From a virus (lineage: Duplodnaviria; Heunggongvirae; Uroviricota; Caudoviricetes), in IMG/VR virus record IMGVR_UViG_2563366825_000009, positions 1 to 16,694 of that record: a stretch of DNA of 16,694 nt; one strand, 5' to 3'. Below are positions 1 through 7,324 of this stretch, in pieces (within the stretch, counting starts at the first letter, position 1; the number at the start of each line of letters is the position of its first letter). Below the pieces are notes generated by a model that was not told where the DNA came from, ran no database searches, and saw only the letters and a program-made list of their open reading frames with translations. The position numbers were made by a program, and so were the translations under genes.

Positions 1-95
1 GGTCGCTGGTCGCTGGTCGCTGGTCGCTGGTCGCTGGTCGCTGGTCGCTGGTCGCTGGTCGCTGGTCGCTGGTCGCTGGTCGCTGGTCGCTGGTC
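1..95. repeat. Tandem heptanucleotide repeat (GGTCGCT) x13 perfect copies (1-91) plus a partial copy; truncated by the window start
   Basis: Direct reading: GGTCGCT repeats without interruption from position 1 to 91, then GGTC TGGCA. Unit length 7 is not a multiple of 3; no stop codon in any of the six frames of the array. Confidence 0.95.
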
Positions 96-104
96 TGGCA
101 GCAT
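1..104 (-). CDS. Hypothetical protein, 5' end only (runs off the window start); reads through the heptanucleotide array as repeated QRPATSD heptapeptides
   Basis: ATG at 104-102 (minus) preceded by AAGGA with 7-nt spacing; translation MLPDQRPATSDQRPATSD... No stop before the window edge. Not in the ORF track because it is incomplete. Confidence 0.3.
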   Translation of the reverse strand, partial: MLPDQRPATSDQRPATSDQRPATSDQRPATSDQR

Positions 105-278
105 AAAATCATCCTTTTATGAAAATCAACGTTTTTTGAGCACTCGCACACAAAAAATTACCGCATTGGTTGCAACGACAACCTGCATTTTGCGGAGCAT
201 ATGACAAATAAAGTACGGGTGCGTTGAGGATGCCAGACACATCAGAGGTGGCGGGAGATTACTCCCCTGCCTGGTCTC

Positions 279-434
279 TTACTTCTCAGATTCGTAGTCT
301 ACGAAGACAGCGACCTCCGTCTGGCCGGTTCGGATTCGTACCTCGCAGAAGTCTTTCCTCGTTACCAGTGCTATCACTACGACGGTAATACAGATGACGA
401 TCATGGCGATTAACATCGCCTTTTGCTGCTTCAT
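279..434 (-). CDS. hok: Hok/Gef-family type I membrane toxin (51 aa), closest to HokD/RelF
   Basis: Manual translation of the minus strand: MKQQKAMLIAMIVICITVVVIALVTRKDFCEVRIRTGQTEVAVFVDYESEK, near-identical in pattern to E. coli HokD/RelF as recalled. AAGGAG lies 9 nt upstream of the ATG. Below the 60-aa cutoff of the ORF track. Confidence 0.8.
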   Translation of the reverse strand: MKQQKAMLIAMIVICITVVVIALVTRKDFCEVRIRTGQTEVAVFVDYESEK

Positions 435-609
435 AGCCTACTTCTCCTTGCCTTTCGGCACGTAAGAGGCTAACCTAAGTTTGTAAGTCATAGATTTGGC
501 CTCAGATTAATGTTAAGCGTCCTGCAAGACGCGTAATGTTAACTGGGGCTTTTCTCTGTCTGCCTTACGGCTGCATGCCCGAGGCAGACAGCCTCAAGCA
601 CCCGCAGCT

Positions 610-637
610 ATTCTACAGTAAAAACTCGCGCTTTCAA
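610..637 (-). promoter_or_regulatory. Candidate sigma70 promoter on the minus strand (TTGAAA-N16-TAGAAT) overlapping the Q stop codon; possible Q-dependent late promoter (pR'-like)
   Basis: Minus-strand -35 TTGAAA at 637-632 and -10 TAGAAT at 615-610 with a 16-nt spacer. Position immediately 3' of Q is where lambdoid pR' lies. No Q-binding element or pause site was identified. Confidence 0.3.
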
Positions 638-1059
638 TTTCCCGCACGTCCGGCAAACTGACTGGCCTGTGATCCTGATGGTTCACGCTCAACGTACCTG
701 TCCATTTCCAGCTTTACTCCCTGCATGATCAACATCCCCTCAATAACACCTTCTGCTTTTTGCAGTACCCGCCCGGCCCAGCAATCAGAGCGCCCATGCT
801 TACGGCCCAGTGACATAAGCGTCATCCCGAACACATAATAATCATACAGAAAATCATGCAAATCGCTGTTGTTGACGTTCAGTTGCGCCATGCAATTGCT
901 GATAATCAGCGCATCGTCATCGGTACACTGAGGCCGTGATTTAACCTTTGACGGGATCAGCCCCTTAAATCCGGCGGCAATGGGCGACCAGCTCACATCC
1001 TCATGATTATTGGCCACCCATGCGCCCCAGCGTTCAAGCACCTGCTGAATATCACGCAT
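634..1059 (-). CDS. Q: Antitermination protein Q (Q82/933W-type family), 141 aa
   Basis: Located directly after ninH, the canonical Q position. Protein begins [24 protein letters not shown]..., which matches my recollection of the Q82/933W-type antiterminator family. The track ORF 634..1164 overlaps ninH; the start was moved to the ATG at 1059, 2 nt after the ninH stop. Confidence 0.65.
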   Translation of the reverse strand: MRDIQQVLERWGAWVANNHEDVSWSPIAAGFKGLIPSKVKSRPQCTDDDALIISNCMAQLNVNNSDLHDFLYDYYVFGMTLMSLGRKHGRSDCWAGRVLQKAEGVIEGMLIMQGVKLEMDRYVEREPSGSQASQFAGRAGN

Positions 1060-1252
1060 CAGAGTCTTTACCCCTATCCCATCCACGATGGACCATAAGG
1101 ACACCGTTGACGACGGCGTGCCGTTTGCCTTCTTTATCGCCAATATATTTTCTGACCGTGGCACGATTACAGTTCAGTATTCGGGCCACTTCGGTCTGAT
1201 TTCCATATGCCTCAACAAGCATGTCAGGAATGATTTTTACGGTGAACGTCAT
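1052..1252 (-). CDS. ninH: NinH (66 aa)
   Basis: [58 protein letters not shown] closely resembles lambda NinH. Its ATG overlaps the ninG stop (ATGA). Confidence 0.85.
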   Translation of the reverse strand: MTFTVKIIPDMLVEAYGNQTEVARILNCNRATVRKYIGDKEGKRHAVVNGVLMVHRGWDRGKDSDA

Positions 1253-1815
1253 GCGGCCTCACTTCTGCTGTTTCGCAGGCCTTTAAGTTTCTGTTGATAC
1301 TCTGCCTTGATCGCCTTGCACTCTTCGACAGTCCAGCGGTGGCGACTATGGTTTGATTCGATTTCGTCTACTGCTTCCTGCCCGATGCGGTTAATCAGTT
1401 CGACGCGATACGGAACGAGATTTCCGCTTTTGTATTGGTTACACACCACGCATTGCTTATGGATATTGCGTTCATCAAATCTGAGCTGAGGTGCCGCAGC
1501 TGTTGTACGGTAATGACCAGCATCCCACTGGGCTGAATCTAACGTCCCGCATGAAACACACGGCAAATGACGGTCCCGCTCCCTGATATAAGCATTCACA
1601 GCCTGTTGTGCCTGCTTAATCCAGTAACTGCGGGGCTGTAAGTCCCTCCTGCGCGCTTTCAGCTTGTCTGCCTGCTCTTTTGCTGAAGTTATCGCCTTTT
1701 CTTTTCTGACCAGTTCCAGTGCGCACTGACCACAGCAAACTATCTGATATGAGCGGAACGGCACAAACGAGGAGCCGCACACTTTGCATTTTTTGGGTTT
1801 ACGTTGCTTCATCAT
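1249..1815 (-). CDS. ninG: NinG/Rap recombination-associated protein
   Basis: C-terminal two-thirds ([32 protein letters not shown]...[22 protein letters not shown]) is near-identical to lambda NinG as recalled. The track start at 1818 is a GTG; the ATG at 1815 or 1812 behind a GAGG Shine-Dalgarno is the more likely start. Confidence 0.9.
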   Translation of the reverse strand: MMKQRKPKKCKVCGSSFVPFRSYQIVCCGQCALELVRKEKAITSAKEQADKLKARRRDLQPRSYWIKQAQQAVNAYIRERDRHLPCVSCGTLDSAQWDAGHYRTTAAAPQLRFDERNIHKQCVVCNQYKSGNLVPYRVELINRIGQEAVDEIESNHSRHRWTVEECKAIKAEYQQKLKGLRNSRSEAA

Positions 1816-1819
1816 CACC

Positions 1820-2269
1820 TCAGAAAAACGACAGCAGGCGGTTATTCAGTTCAGGGCTGTTTGAGCGCCCAAACACATGCTTTAACGCGGCATTAATCAT
1901 TGCGTTGTAGCAACGTTCAAACTCATCCTGATCCATATTCGCGTAACTCAGGCTTTTTGCCCGATATCTCACCTCGCCTCTTATGGTTGTGACCACATCA
2001 TAGAACCCGGCAAGAATTGTCAGATTTTTACGAAACTCATCAAACTGCGTCGCTTCATCAGAGAATTCGTATCCAGCATGTTCAGCGCACCAGTACTGAA
2101 AGCAGAAATTAAGAAAAGCGAACATCTTCCGGTGAAAAGATGGGTTACGGGTAAGTTTTGCTTCCAGTGTATACAGCTCACCGTTTTTAAATTTTGCCAG
2201 TCGGGGTAAATCGCGCTCATACGCCGGTACAAATACGCCATTAGCCGCCTTGATCATCTCTATTTCCAT
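1820..2269 (-). CDS. DUF1367-family phage protein (149 aa)
   Basis: ORF of 149 aa between the primase-like gene and ninG; sequence pattern recalled as the DUF1367 family. Start overlaps the upstream stop by 1 nt (TGATG). Confidence 0.55.
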   Translation of the reverse strand: MEIEMIKAANGVFVPAYERDLPRLAKFKNGELYTLEAKLTRNPSFHRKMFAFLNFCFQYWCAEHAGYEFSDEATQFDEFRKNLTILAGFYDVVTTIRGEVRYRAKSLSYANMDQDEFERCYNAMINAALKHVFGRSNSPELNNRLLSFF

Positions 2270-3240
2270 CAGGCAGCCTCCGCTTTGAATTTGCGCGTCA
2301 ACACATGTTCACGGGCTTCACACCCCTGAATGAGCATGTCGTTAAAATCCGGCAAGTCAGGCCAGCGAATGCTGACCTTCTCAACGTCATTACGACTCAT
2401 GAGATTCTTATGCCCACATTTAAAGGCAGCCGCCAGACCTGCGCCGTGCTCATCATTGTCTGCAAAGATAATCAGGTGATTAACGCCTGGTGGCGCAATA
2501 AACTTCTCCATAAAACCGGAGTTCATTGTTGACCACACATTGCAGCGGAAGATTTGACGGCATGAAAGCGCAGTTTCGATACCCTCGGCTATCCCCAGAG
2601 TGGACGACACCGGATACAGGCGTATTGCCACCGATTTGGCATGCTGCAAACCAGGCAACTCCTGTAGCGCGGTCATTTTTTTAGCCGCCTCTACATTCGC
2701 CTTGCGATCACCATCCAGCAACGTACGATGCAGATAGCAAAGAGAACCTTTGTCATCTGTTGCAATGGCGTAAATTGCCTGATATTCGCGCCCGCTGGCG
2801 ATCTGACGGTCACAAAAACGCACGGATTCGGTCGGTAACTGGAGTATTCCCCTCCCCTGCAGGTACGCCTCACCTGTTGTACCCCGCAGACACGGGAGTC
2901 CGGCAAACTTATCTATGACCAGCTCCCGCTTTCTGCTTATCTCTGTTACAGGCTGGCTGACTTTCTCCCTCTTCCAGGTATTTCCGATCAGCCGATCGAT
3001 TTCATCACACAACGTCACCCAGGGCTTACCCGTGGCAAGTTGCAACAGATTCATCCCGTCCCCGTGACCACAGACACAAATCCATGAACCGGAACCATCC
3101 TTATCATCACAGCGAAATTTACCTCTGGCACCACATATCGGGCAGGGGCCGCTATAATGTTTCAAGCCAGTAACAGGAGGCATGCCGTAATATTCAAAAA
3201 TTCTCCCCCAATGCCCGGCCGCTGCCTTCTTAGTCTGCAT
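2269..3240 (-). CDS. Primase-like replication protein (N-terminal zinc ribbon plus Toprim domain), 323 aa
   Basis: N-terminus has a CPICG...C.CGH zinc-binding motif (GPCPICGARGKFRCDDKDGSGSWICVCGHGDG); C-terminal region has a Toprim-like acidic motif (IIFADNDEHGAG). Start overlaps the helicase stop. Confidence 0.7.
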   Translation of the reverse strand: MQTKKAAAGHWGRIFEYYGMPPVTGLKHYSGPCPICGARGKFRCDDKDGSGSWICVCGHGDGMNLLQLATGKPWVTLCDEIDRLIGNTWKREKVSQPVTEISRKRELVIDKFAGLPCLRGTTGEAYLQGRGILQLPTESVRFCDRQIASGREYQAIYAIATDDKGSLCYLHRTLLDGDRKANVEAAKKMTALQELPGLQHAKSVAIRLYPVSSTLGIAEGIETALSCRQIFRCNVWSTMNSGFMEKFIAPPGVNHLIIFADNDEHGAGLAAAFKCGHKNLMSRNDVEKVSIRWPDLPDFNDMLIQGCEAREHVLTRKFKAEAA

Positions 3241-4750
3241 GCTGGCCTCCTGTCATGGCTTTCTTGCGCCCTTTGGCATAGGCAATGGTCTTTGACCTGA
3301 TGAAGTTGTACACTTCAACTGAGGTTTGCAGCGGCGCATTACTGAAGCCTTTAGGCCACACACCGAACTTCTCCTTGTAGGTATGAGCGCACCATCCGTC
3401 ACTCAGGGGTTTACCCGTCGCGTTGCGGTAATTCTGATACCCCTTGATCTCACTCCACCAACGCTGCTTTTCCTCGCGACTGTATTCGCGTTTCCCTTTG
3501 TTTACGCGAGAGAGTTTTCGATCGCGGTCTGTTGCCACATCATCGCCACCAAGAGGACGAAACCCACATTTGGGACACATGTGTACACCAGCAGGCTTCA
3601 TGAAGTGGCATTTGGGGCATTCTCTGGGAAGTTTCTCAGCCTTAACCTCGCCACCGCCAGCAGACGCTTTCATTCCGTCATTTTTACCCGGCAGTTCGTC
3701 ATACTCGATATCCTCGGGGAAGCCCAGCCGATGAACCGTACCAGAATGGTCAAAAATCAACGCACGTTTTTTACCTGGGGCTGTACGTAACGCTCTACCT
3801 ATGCACTGCAACCAACGGATTTCTGATTTTGTCGGACGGGCGTAGATCAGGCAGCGAACATCGCTGTCAAATCCCGCAACCAGTACACCAACGTTGACAA
3901 TTATTTTGGTCGCGCCCTCTTCAAAACGGCGAATGATGTCCTGTCGTTCATCATGGAGGGTATCTGCCGTCATCACCTCTGCACCAATACCGGCCTGTAA
4001 AAACTCACGGGTAACAAAATTCGCATGCGCAACATTCACGCAGAAGCAGATCGTCGGCAAATCCTCGCCATTCTCAAGCCAGTTGCGAACGATATCGCCA
4101 ACCAGATCCGAACTCCCCATGATGGATGCGAGCTGCTCCTCGTTGTAATCCCGTCCAAATACGGTGTTACTGGTTTTTACGCCAGCCAGATCAGGCATTG
4201 AGGGGGCAAAAAACTCGTAATCGCTCAGATCACCACGCTGAATAAGTTCACGAATCGTTGTAGGCTTGATCAGGCATTCGTAGTACTTCCCCATCCAGGC
4301 TGCGAACGGGGTGCCGGAAAGTCCAAGAACCCTGATGTCTCTGTCCCGGATAACCTCAAGTAACGCACGACGCTTCATGTGTGCTTCATCGATGATCAGC
4401 AGATCGATGTTGTCAGGAAACTCACGACGGATCAGCGTGTCGGCACTGGCAATCTGAATCAGTCGTGACGGGTCATAGTTAGGGTGATCACGCCATACAA
4501 AACTGATTTCTTCCCACGGCAAACCGTATTCGGTGAAACGTTCCGCTGTCTGGTTCAGCAGGATGGTGTACGGACAGACAAACATCACCCGCATACCACG
4601 TTCAACCATTCCGGCAGTGACGAATGCTGCAAGACCAGTTTTGCCAGAGCCAGTGGGTGCATACATCAGGTACGTGCGATGCTGTTTCCACTGGTGCCGC
4701 AGCTGGTTTAAACCGCGCTCCTGAGCAAAGTTTGGGGTGATTTTCAGCAT
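3230..4750 (-). CDS. Superfamily-2 (DEAD/DEAH-type) helicase, replication-associated, 506 aa
   Basis: Walker A motif APTGSGKT, DEAH-type motif LIIDEAHM, and a C-terminal CPKC...CPKC zinc ribbon. Confidence 0.8.
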   Translation of the reverse strand: MLKITPNFAQERGLNQLRHQWKQHRTYLMYAPTGSGKTGLAAFVTAGMVERGMRVMFVCPYTILLNQTAERFTEYGLPWEEISFVWRDHPNYDPSRLIQIASADTLIRREFPDNIDLLIIDEAHMKRRALLEVIRDRDIRVLGLSGTPFAAWMGKYYECLIKPTTIRELIQRGDLSDYEFFAPSMPDLAGVKTSNTVFGRDYNEEQLASIMGSSDLVGDIVRNWLENGEDLPTICFCVNVAHANFVTREFLQAGIGAEVMTADTLHDERQDIIRRFEEGATKIIVNVGVLVAGFDSDVRCLIYARPTKSEIRWLQCIGRALRTAPGKKRALIFDHSGTVHRLGFPEDIEYDELPGKNDGMKASAGGGEVKAEKLPRECPKCHFMKPAGVHMCPKCGFRPLGGDDVATDRDRKLSRVNKGKREYSREEKQRWWSEIKGYQNYRNATGKPLSDGWCAHTYKEKFGVWPKGFSNAPLQTSVEVYNFIRSKTIAYAKGRKKAMTGGQHAD

Positions 4751-5121
4751 GACGCCCCCTTGCCATTCGCCGGGATGATATCGATCCCAGCATCGCTATA
4801 ACTGGTCAGTTTCTTTGGCATTCGAAGCAACACAAAGCCTTCAGTGCCACGACGTGCCAATTCACGCAATTTCATGACTGAGCGGGGTCGCGGAGAGCTA
4901 CGATCGATCTCGATAGCCACACTCCCACCAGTTTTTGCTGTTGCGAGAATATCAACACGGAAATTTCTGCCATCGATTCTTACGGTGACATCTCTTGCCA
5001 CATGCATCCCCTGTGACTTAAGGATCGTTACAACATCAGCCAGAAAGCTGTAACGGTCCTCTGTTCTCAGTGGTACAGTGCTCAGTGTACGGATCAGTGT
5101 CGATTTTGTTGCTGCTGACAT
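4744..5121 (-). CDS. Hypothetical protein (125 aa), first gene of the replication module
   Basis: ORF with protein-like composition, overlapping the helicase start by 7 nt. No recognisable motif. Confidence 0.5.
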   Translation of the reverse strand: MSAATKSTLIRTLSTVPLRTEDRYSFLADVVTILKSQGMHVARDVTVRIDGRNFRVDILATAKTGGSVAIEIDRSSPRPRSVMKLRELARRGTEGFVLLRMPKKLTSYSDAGIDIIPANGKGASC

Positions 5122-5213
5122 AGTTTATCACTCAATAATTAGCTTGATAATCATTTCACCAGAAACTATCGCGCTCTTATACAGTGATCTACCTAACCTA
5201 TGTACCTGCCTTC

Positions 5214-5282
5214 TGGCCTAGGCCAAGGGATACAGGCCTTTCCAACGACTCCACCCCCCAACCCCCCTCCTCTCTTCCTTTC
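5214..5282. repeat. 12-bp perfect palindrome TGGCCTAGGCCA followed by a 34-nt homopyrimidine tract with two C6 runs (G-rich on the minus strand)
   Basis: Direct reading: palindrome at 5214-5225; 5249-5282 contains only 3 purines; CCCCCC at 5254-5259 and 5262-5267. Lies in the 208-bp gap between the cII-position gene and the replication module. Confidence 0.9.
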
Positions 5283-5329
5283 AGGAAATTAGTTGCATAC
5301 GTAACTATTTCTGACGCAACTAACCGCCA

Positions 5330-5623
5330 TCATGGTGTCGGGGGAAACTTCCGTACCGCTACTGGCGAAAGCATCCAGCCACGGCTGGCTCTCGCGTACT
5401 TCTGGACATACACCCGTAACCGGGTGTTGGCGCTCCGTCTTGCCCTGTTGCCCTTCCTGAACGATACAGGCTCCTTGTCCCACTCTTCCTGGTACACTCT
5501 CGCGTACTCTGCTGCAATTTTTACCCTAGTGGTCGGGTCTAGCTGTAACAATTGCTCCTGTATCCAGTCCCGATCAGCATCACAGTACTGCTCGGGCATA
5601 ACCGTTTTGATTTGCCTGTTCAC
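5330..5623 (-). CDS. Hypothetical protein (97 aa) in the cII position; not recognisably lambda CII
   Basis: GTG start at 5623 preceded by GGAGG with 5-nt spacing, 30 nt downstream of the cro stop. Basic C-terminal half; no similarity to lambda CII as recalled. Confidence 0.55.
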   Translation of the reverse strand: MNRQIKTVMPEQYCDADRDWIQEQLLQLDPTTRVKIAAEYARVYQEEWDKEPVSFRKGNRARRSANTRLRVYVQKYARASRGWMLSPVAVRKFPPTP

Positions 5624-5653
5624 TCACACCTCCGATGGGCTGTGTGTCCAGGA

Positions 5654-5857
5654 TTAATCATCGCCTCTTACGAACGCAGGGAACGGTCGAACCTCTTCCG
5701 CCTCAACTCTGCCGTCATCAAAGGTTTTGACGTAAATTTCACGTCCGACGAGAAGCGCTTTACTGATCGCGCTCTGCGCCACACCAAAGTCCTTAGCGGC
5801 TTTCTTCTGACCGAACCTGTATACGTAATCAGCCAGGGTCTCTTTTTTCATCGCCAT
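5654..5857 (-). CDS. cro: Cro repressor (lambda Cro family), 67 aa
   Basis: [60 protein letters not shown] parallels lambda Cro (..[53 protein letters not shown]). Start set at the ATG at 5857 behind AAGGAG rather than the track start at 5893. Divergent from cI. Confidence 0.85.
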   Translation of the reverse strand: MAMKKETLADYVYRFGQKKAAKDFGVAQSAISKALLVGREIYVKTFDDGRVEAEEVRPFPAFVRGDD

Positions 5858-5952
5858 AACTGACTCCTTCAAAATGCCCATATCATTACGCACAGTTATT
5901 AAAATGTCAACACCGCTGATATTTCAATAAATATAACCAAAGGTGATATGGT
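5858..5952. promoter_or_regulatory. OR-like operator region with divergent PR (minus strand) and PRM (plus strand) promoters
   Basis: Three about 17-bp sites spaced about 24 bp apart with lambda-type half-sites: 5932-5948 ATAACCAAAGGTGATAT, 5908-5924 CAACACCGCTGATATTT (cf. lambda OR2 TAACACCG...), and 5880-5897. Minus-strand PR: -35 TTGACA (5910-5905), 17-nt spacer, -10 AATGAT (5887-5882). Confidence 0.7.
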
Positions 5953-6666
5953 ATGAACATGAAAAAGAAACCGTTAACCCCTGAACAACTGGAAGATGCT
6001 AAGCGTCTGAAAAGTATTTTTAACGCGAAAAAGAAAGAGTTAGGCTTATCTCAGGAGTCATTAGCCTATGAATTAGGTGTTACTCAAAGCGCTGTTAATC
6101 AGCTAATGGCTGGCATCAACGCCATAAATGCCAGCCACGCAGCACAGCTTGCTAAGATACTGAATGTAAAGGTTGGTGATTTCAGTCCCAGCCTGGCAAA
6201 ATCTATTGCAGAAATGGCGCTCGCAATTGAAGAGCCATTAACTCGTGTCCCCGCTTACGAATATCCGTTACTCTCCTGCGTACAAGCTGGCGCATTCTCA
6301 ATGGATGATATTTCGTACACCGCAAAAGATGCGATTAAATGGATCTCCACCACCACAAAAGCCAGTGACAGGTCGTTCTGGCTGGAGGTCAAGGGGCATT
6401 CAATGACCGCACCGCAGGGTGGTAAACCCAGCTTCCCTGAAGGTATGCTGATACTCGTTGACCCTGAACGGGAAATCGAGGATGGCGATTTTTGCGTGGC
6501 CCGAATGAACGGCGATGAATTTACCTTCAAACGATTCATTCGTGAGAGCGGTAAAGCGTACCTGGAGCCGCTCAACCCACGATTCGAGATGATTGAGTGT
6601 AACGAAAACTGCCAGTTTGTCGGAAAGGTCATCAAGTCGCAGTGGAATGATGAGACTTTTGATTGA
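5953..6666 (+). CDS. cI: CI repressor (lambda CI family; HTH N-domain plus S24 peptidase-like C-domain), 237 aa
   Basis: Co-linear similarity to lambda CI over the full length, including the N-terminus [20 protein letters not shown], the hinge and the C-terminal domain ([12 protein letters not shown]...[18 protein letters not shown]). Same length as lambda CI. Confidence 0.95.
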   Translation: MNMKKKPLTPEQLEDAKRLKSIFNAKKKELGLSQESLAYELGVTQSAVNQLMAGINAINASHAAQLAKILNVKVGDFSPSLAKSIAEMALAIEEPLTRVPAYEYPLLSCVQAGAFSMDDISYTAKDAIKWISTTTKASDRSFWLEVKGHSMTAPQGGKPSFPEGMLILVDPEREIEDGDFCVARMNGDEFTFKRFIRESGKAYLEPLNPRFEMIECNENCQFVGKVIKSQWNDETFD

Positions 6667-6680
6667 GCTCACAGAGTGAT

Positions 6681-6720
6681 TTGACATCCTTCACGTCCTT
6701 TGGGGCGTGGAGGATGTCAA
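6681..6720 (+). other. Long hairpin / inverted repeat (15-bp stem with one G-T position, 10-nt loop) 15 nt after the cI stop
   Basis: TTGACATCCTTCACG (6681-6695) pairs with CGTGGAGGATGTCAA (6706-6720). No U-tract follows on either strand, so it is not a canonical intrinsic terminator. Confidence 0.6.
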
Positions 6721-6895
6721 AGCCATCAAGGGGGGTGAGAGGGGTAGCTAGATACTTAGAATCTCAATAATTAGCCTGTTAACTGTTTTTGTGTGCAATT
6801 TGCCATTCAACCACTGGCTTCAGGTGTTGTCATTCAGGCTGTGCATCATGTTTGAACTACCAAAGCCTTAGCCAGGGCCTAGGCTAGGTGTTGAT

Positions 6896-7198
6896 GTGGA
6901 TTCACACGGTAAAATGCCAGATGTGGTGCTACATTTTACTGCGAAAAACTGGCTGCTACTGGTTGAGTCTGTCACCAGTCATGGACCGGTTGATGGGAAG
7001 CGGCATGCTGAGCTTGCCAGGCTGTTTGCCGGATCAACAGCCGGACTTGTCTATGTGACCGCTTTTCCAAATCGCTCCATCATGGGACGATATCTTGGTG
7101 AAATCGCATGGGAAACAGAGGTATGGGTGGCTGATGCACCTTCTCATCTTATTCACTTCAACGGAGTGCGATTTCTTGGCCCCTACTCTACTGAATGA
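6896..7198 (+). CDS. Hypothetical protein (about 94-100 aa) in the rexAB position, followed by an intrinsic terminator
   Basis: ORF with GTG at 6896 (alternative ATG at 6914); in-frame stops lie at 6881 and 6869, so no longer frame exists upstream. Protein-like composition (..LLLVESVTSHGPVDGKRHAELARLFAG..). Function not recognised. Confidence 0.5.
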   Translation: MDSHGKMPDVVLHFTAKNWLLLVESVTSHGPVDGKRHAELARLFAGSTAGLVYVTAFPNRSIMGRYLGEIAWETEVWVADAPSHLIHFNGVRFLGPYSTE

Positions 7199-7218
7199 GT
7201 ACAGGACCAGATAAATAG

Positions 7219-7245
7219 CCCGGCCCATGCGCCGGGTTTTTCTTT
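7219..7245 (+). terminator. Rho-independent terminator after the rex-position ORF
   Basis: CCCGGC (7219-7224), loop CCATGC, GCCGGG (7231-7236), then TTTTTCTTT. Lies 21 nt after the stop at 7198. Confidence 0.6.
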
Positions 7246-7324
7246 GCATATCCCCTCCTGCTATCTGTCCCCTTCAAAAATAAATCACTTTAAAAATCAG
7301 TTAAGTAATATTTTTTTGCCCACG

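Noticed and set aside
321-340. tRNA T-loop-like motif GGTTCGGATTCG on the plus strand
   Set aside because: It lies inside the hok coding sequence and has no flanking acceptor or anticodon stem complementarity. Stx-type phages carry tRNAs downstream of Q, so this was checked, but no tRNA is supported.
435-600. Expected mok overlapping frame and sok antisense RNA of a classical hok/sok module
   Set aside because: The only long frame overlapping hok has no ATG, GTG or TTG start, and the in-frame upstream mini-ORF stops before hok. No convincing plus-strand promoter for a sok RNA was found. The locus looks like a hokD/relF-type gene without its own antisense control, but this cannot be settled without folding and homology tools.
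1060-1164. N-terminal 35-codon extension of the Q ORF in the track (start at 1164)
   Set aside because: It overlaps the ninH coding region in another frame. An ATG 2 nt after the ninH stop gives a 141-aa protein starting with the conserved MRDIQ motif.
5172-5183. Lambda-boxA-like 12-mer CGCTCTTATACA (one mismatch to lambda nutR boxA CGCTCTTACACA) on the plus strand
   Set aside because: The PR transcript is on the minus strand here, so a plus-strand boxA cannot be nutR, and no boxB follows. Chance occurrence is plausible for a single 12-mer. It would only matter if a plus-strand transcript across this spacer were demonstrated.
5184-5657. Plus-strand ORF of 157 aa from the track, overlapping the cII-position gene on the opposite strand
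   Set aside because: It begins in the intergenic pyrimidine tract, its translation is low-complexity (proline/serine/leucine-rich without motifs) and it is antisense to a better-supported ORF with a GGAGG Shine-Dalgarno. Likely a spurious antisense frame.
5131-6775. 13-bp direct repeat CTCAATAATTAGC at 5131-5143 and 6763-6775, flanking the cro-cI immunity region
   Set aside because: By rough estimate, about one or two exact 13-mer repeats are expected by chance in 16.7 kb. The copies are direct rather than inverted, so they are not nutL/nutR counterparts, and there is no other hallmark of a recombination junction.
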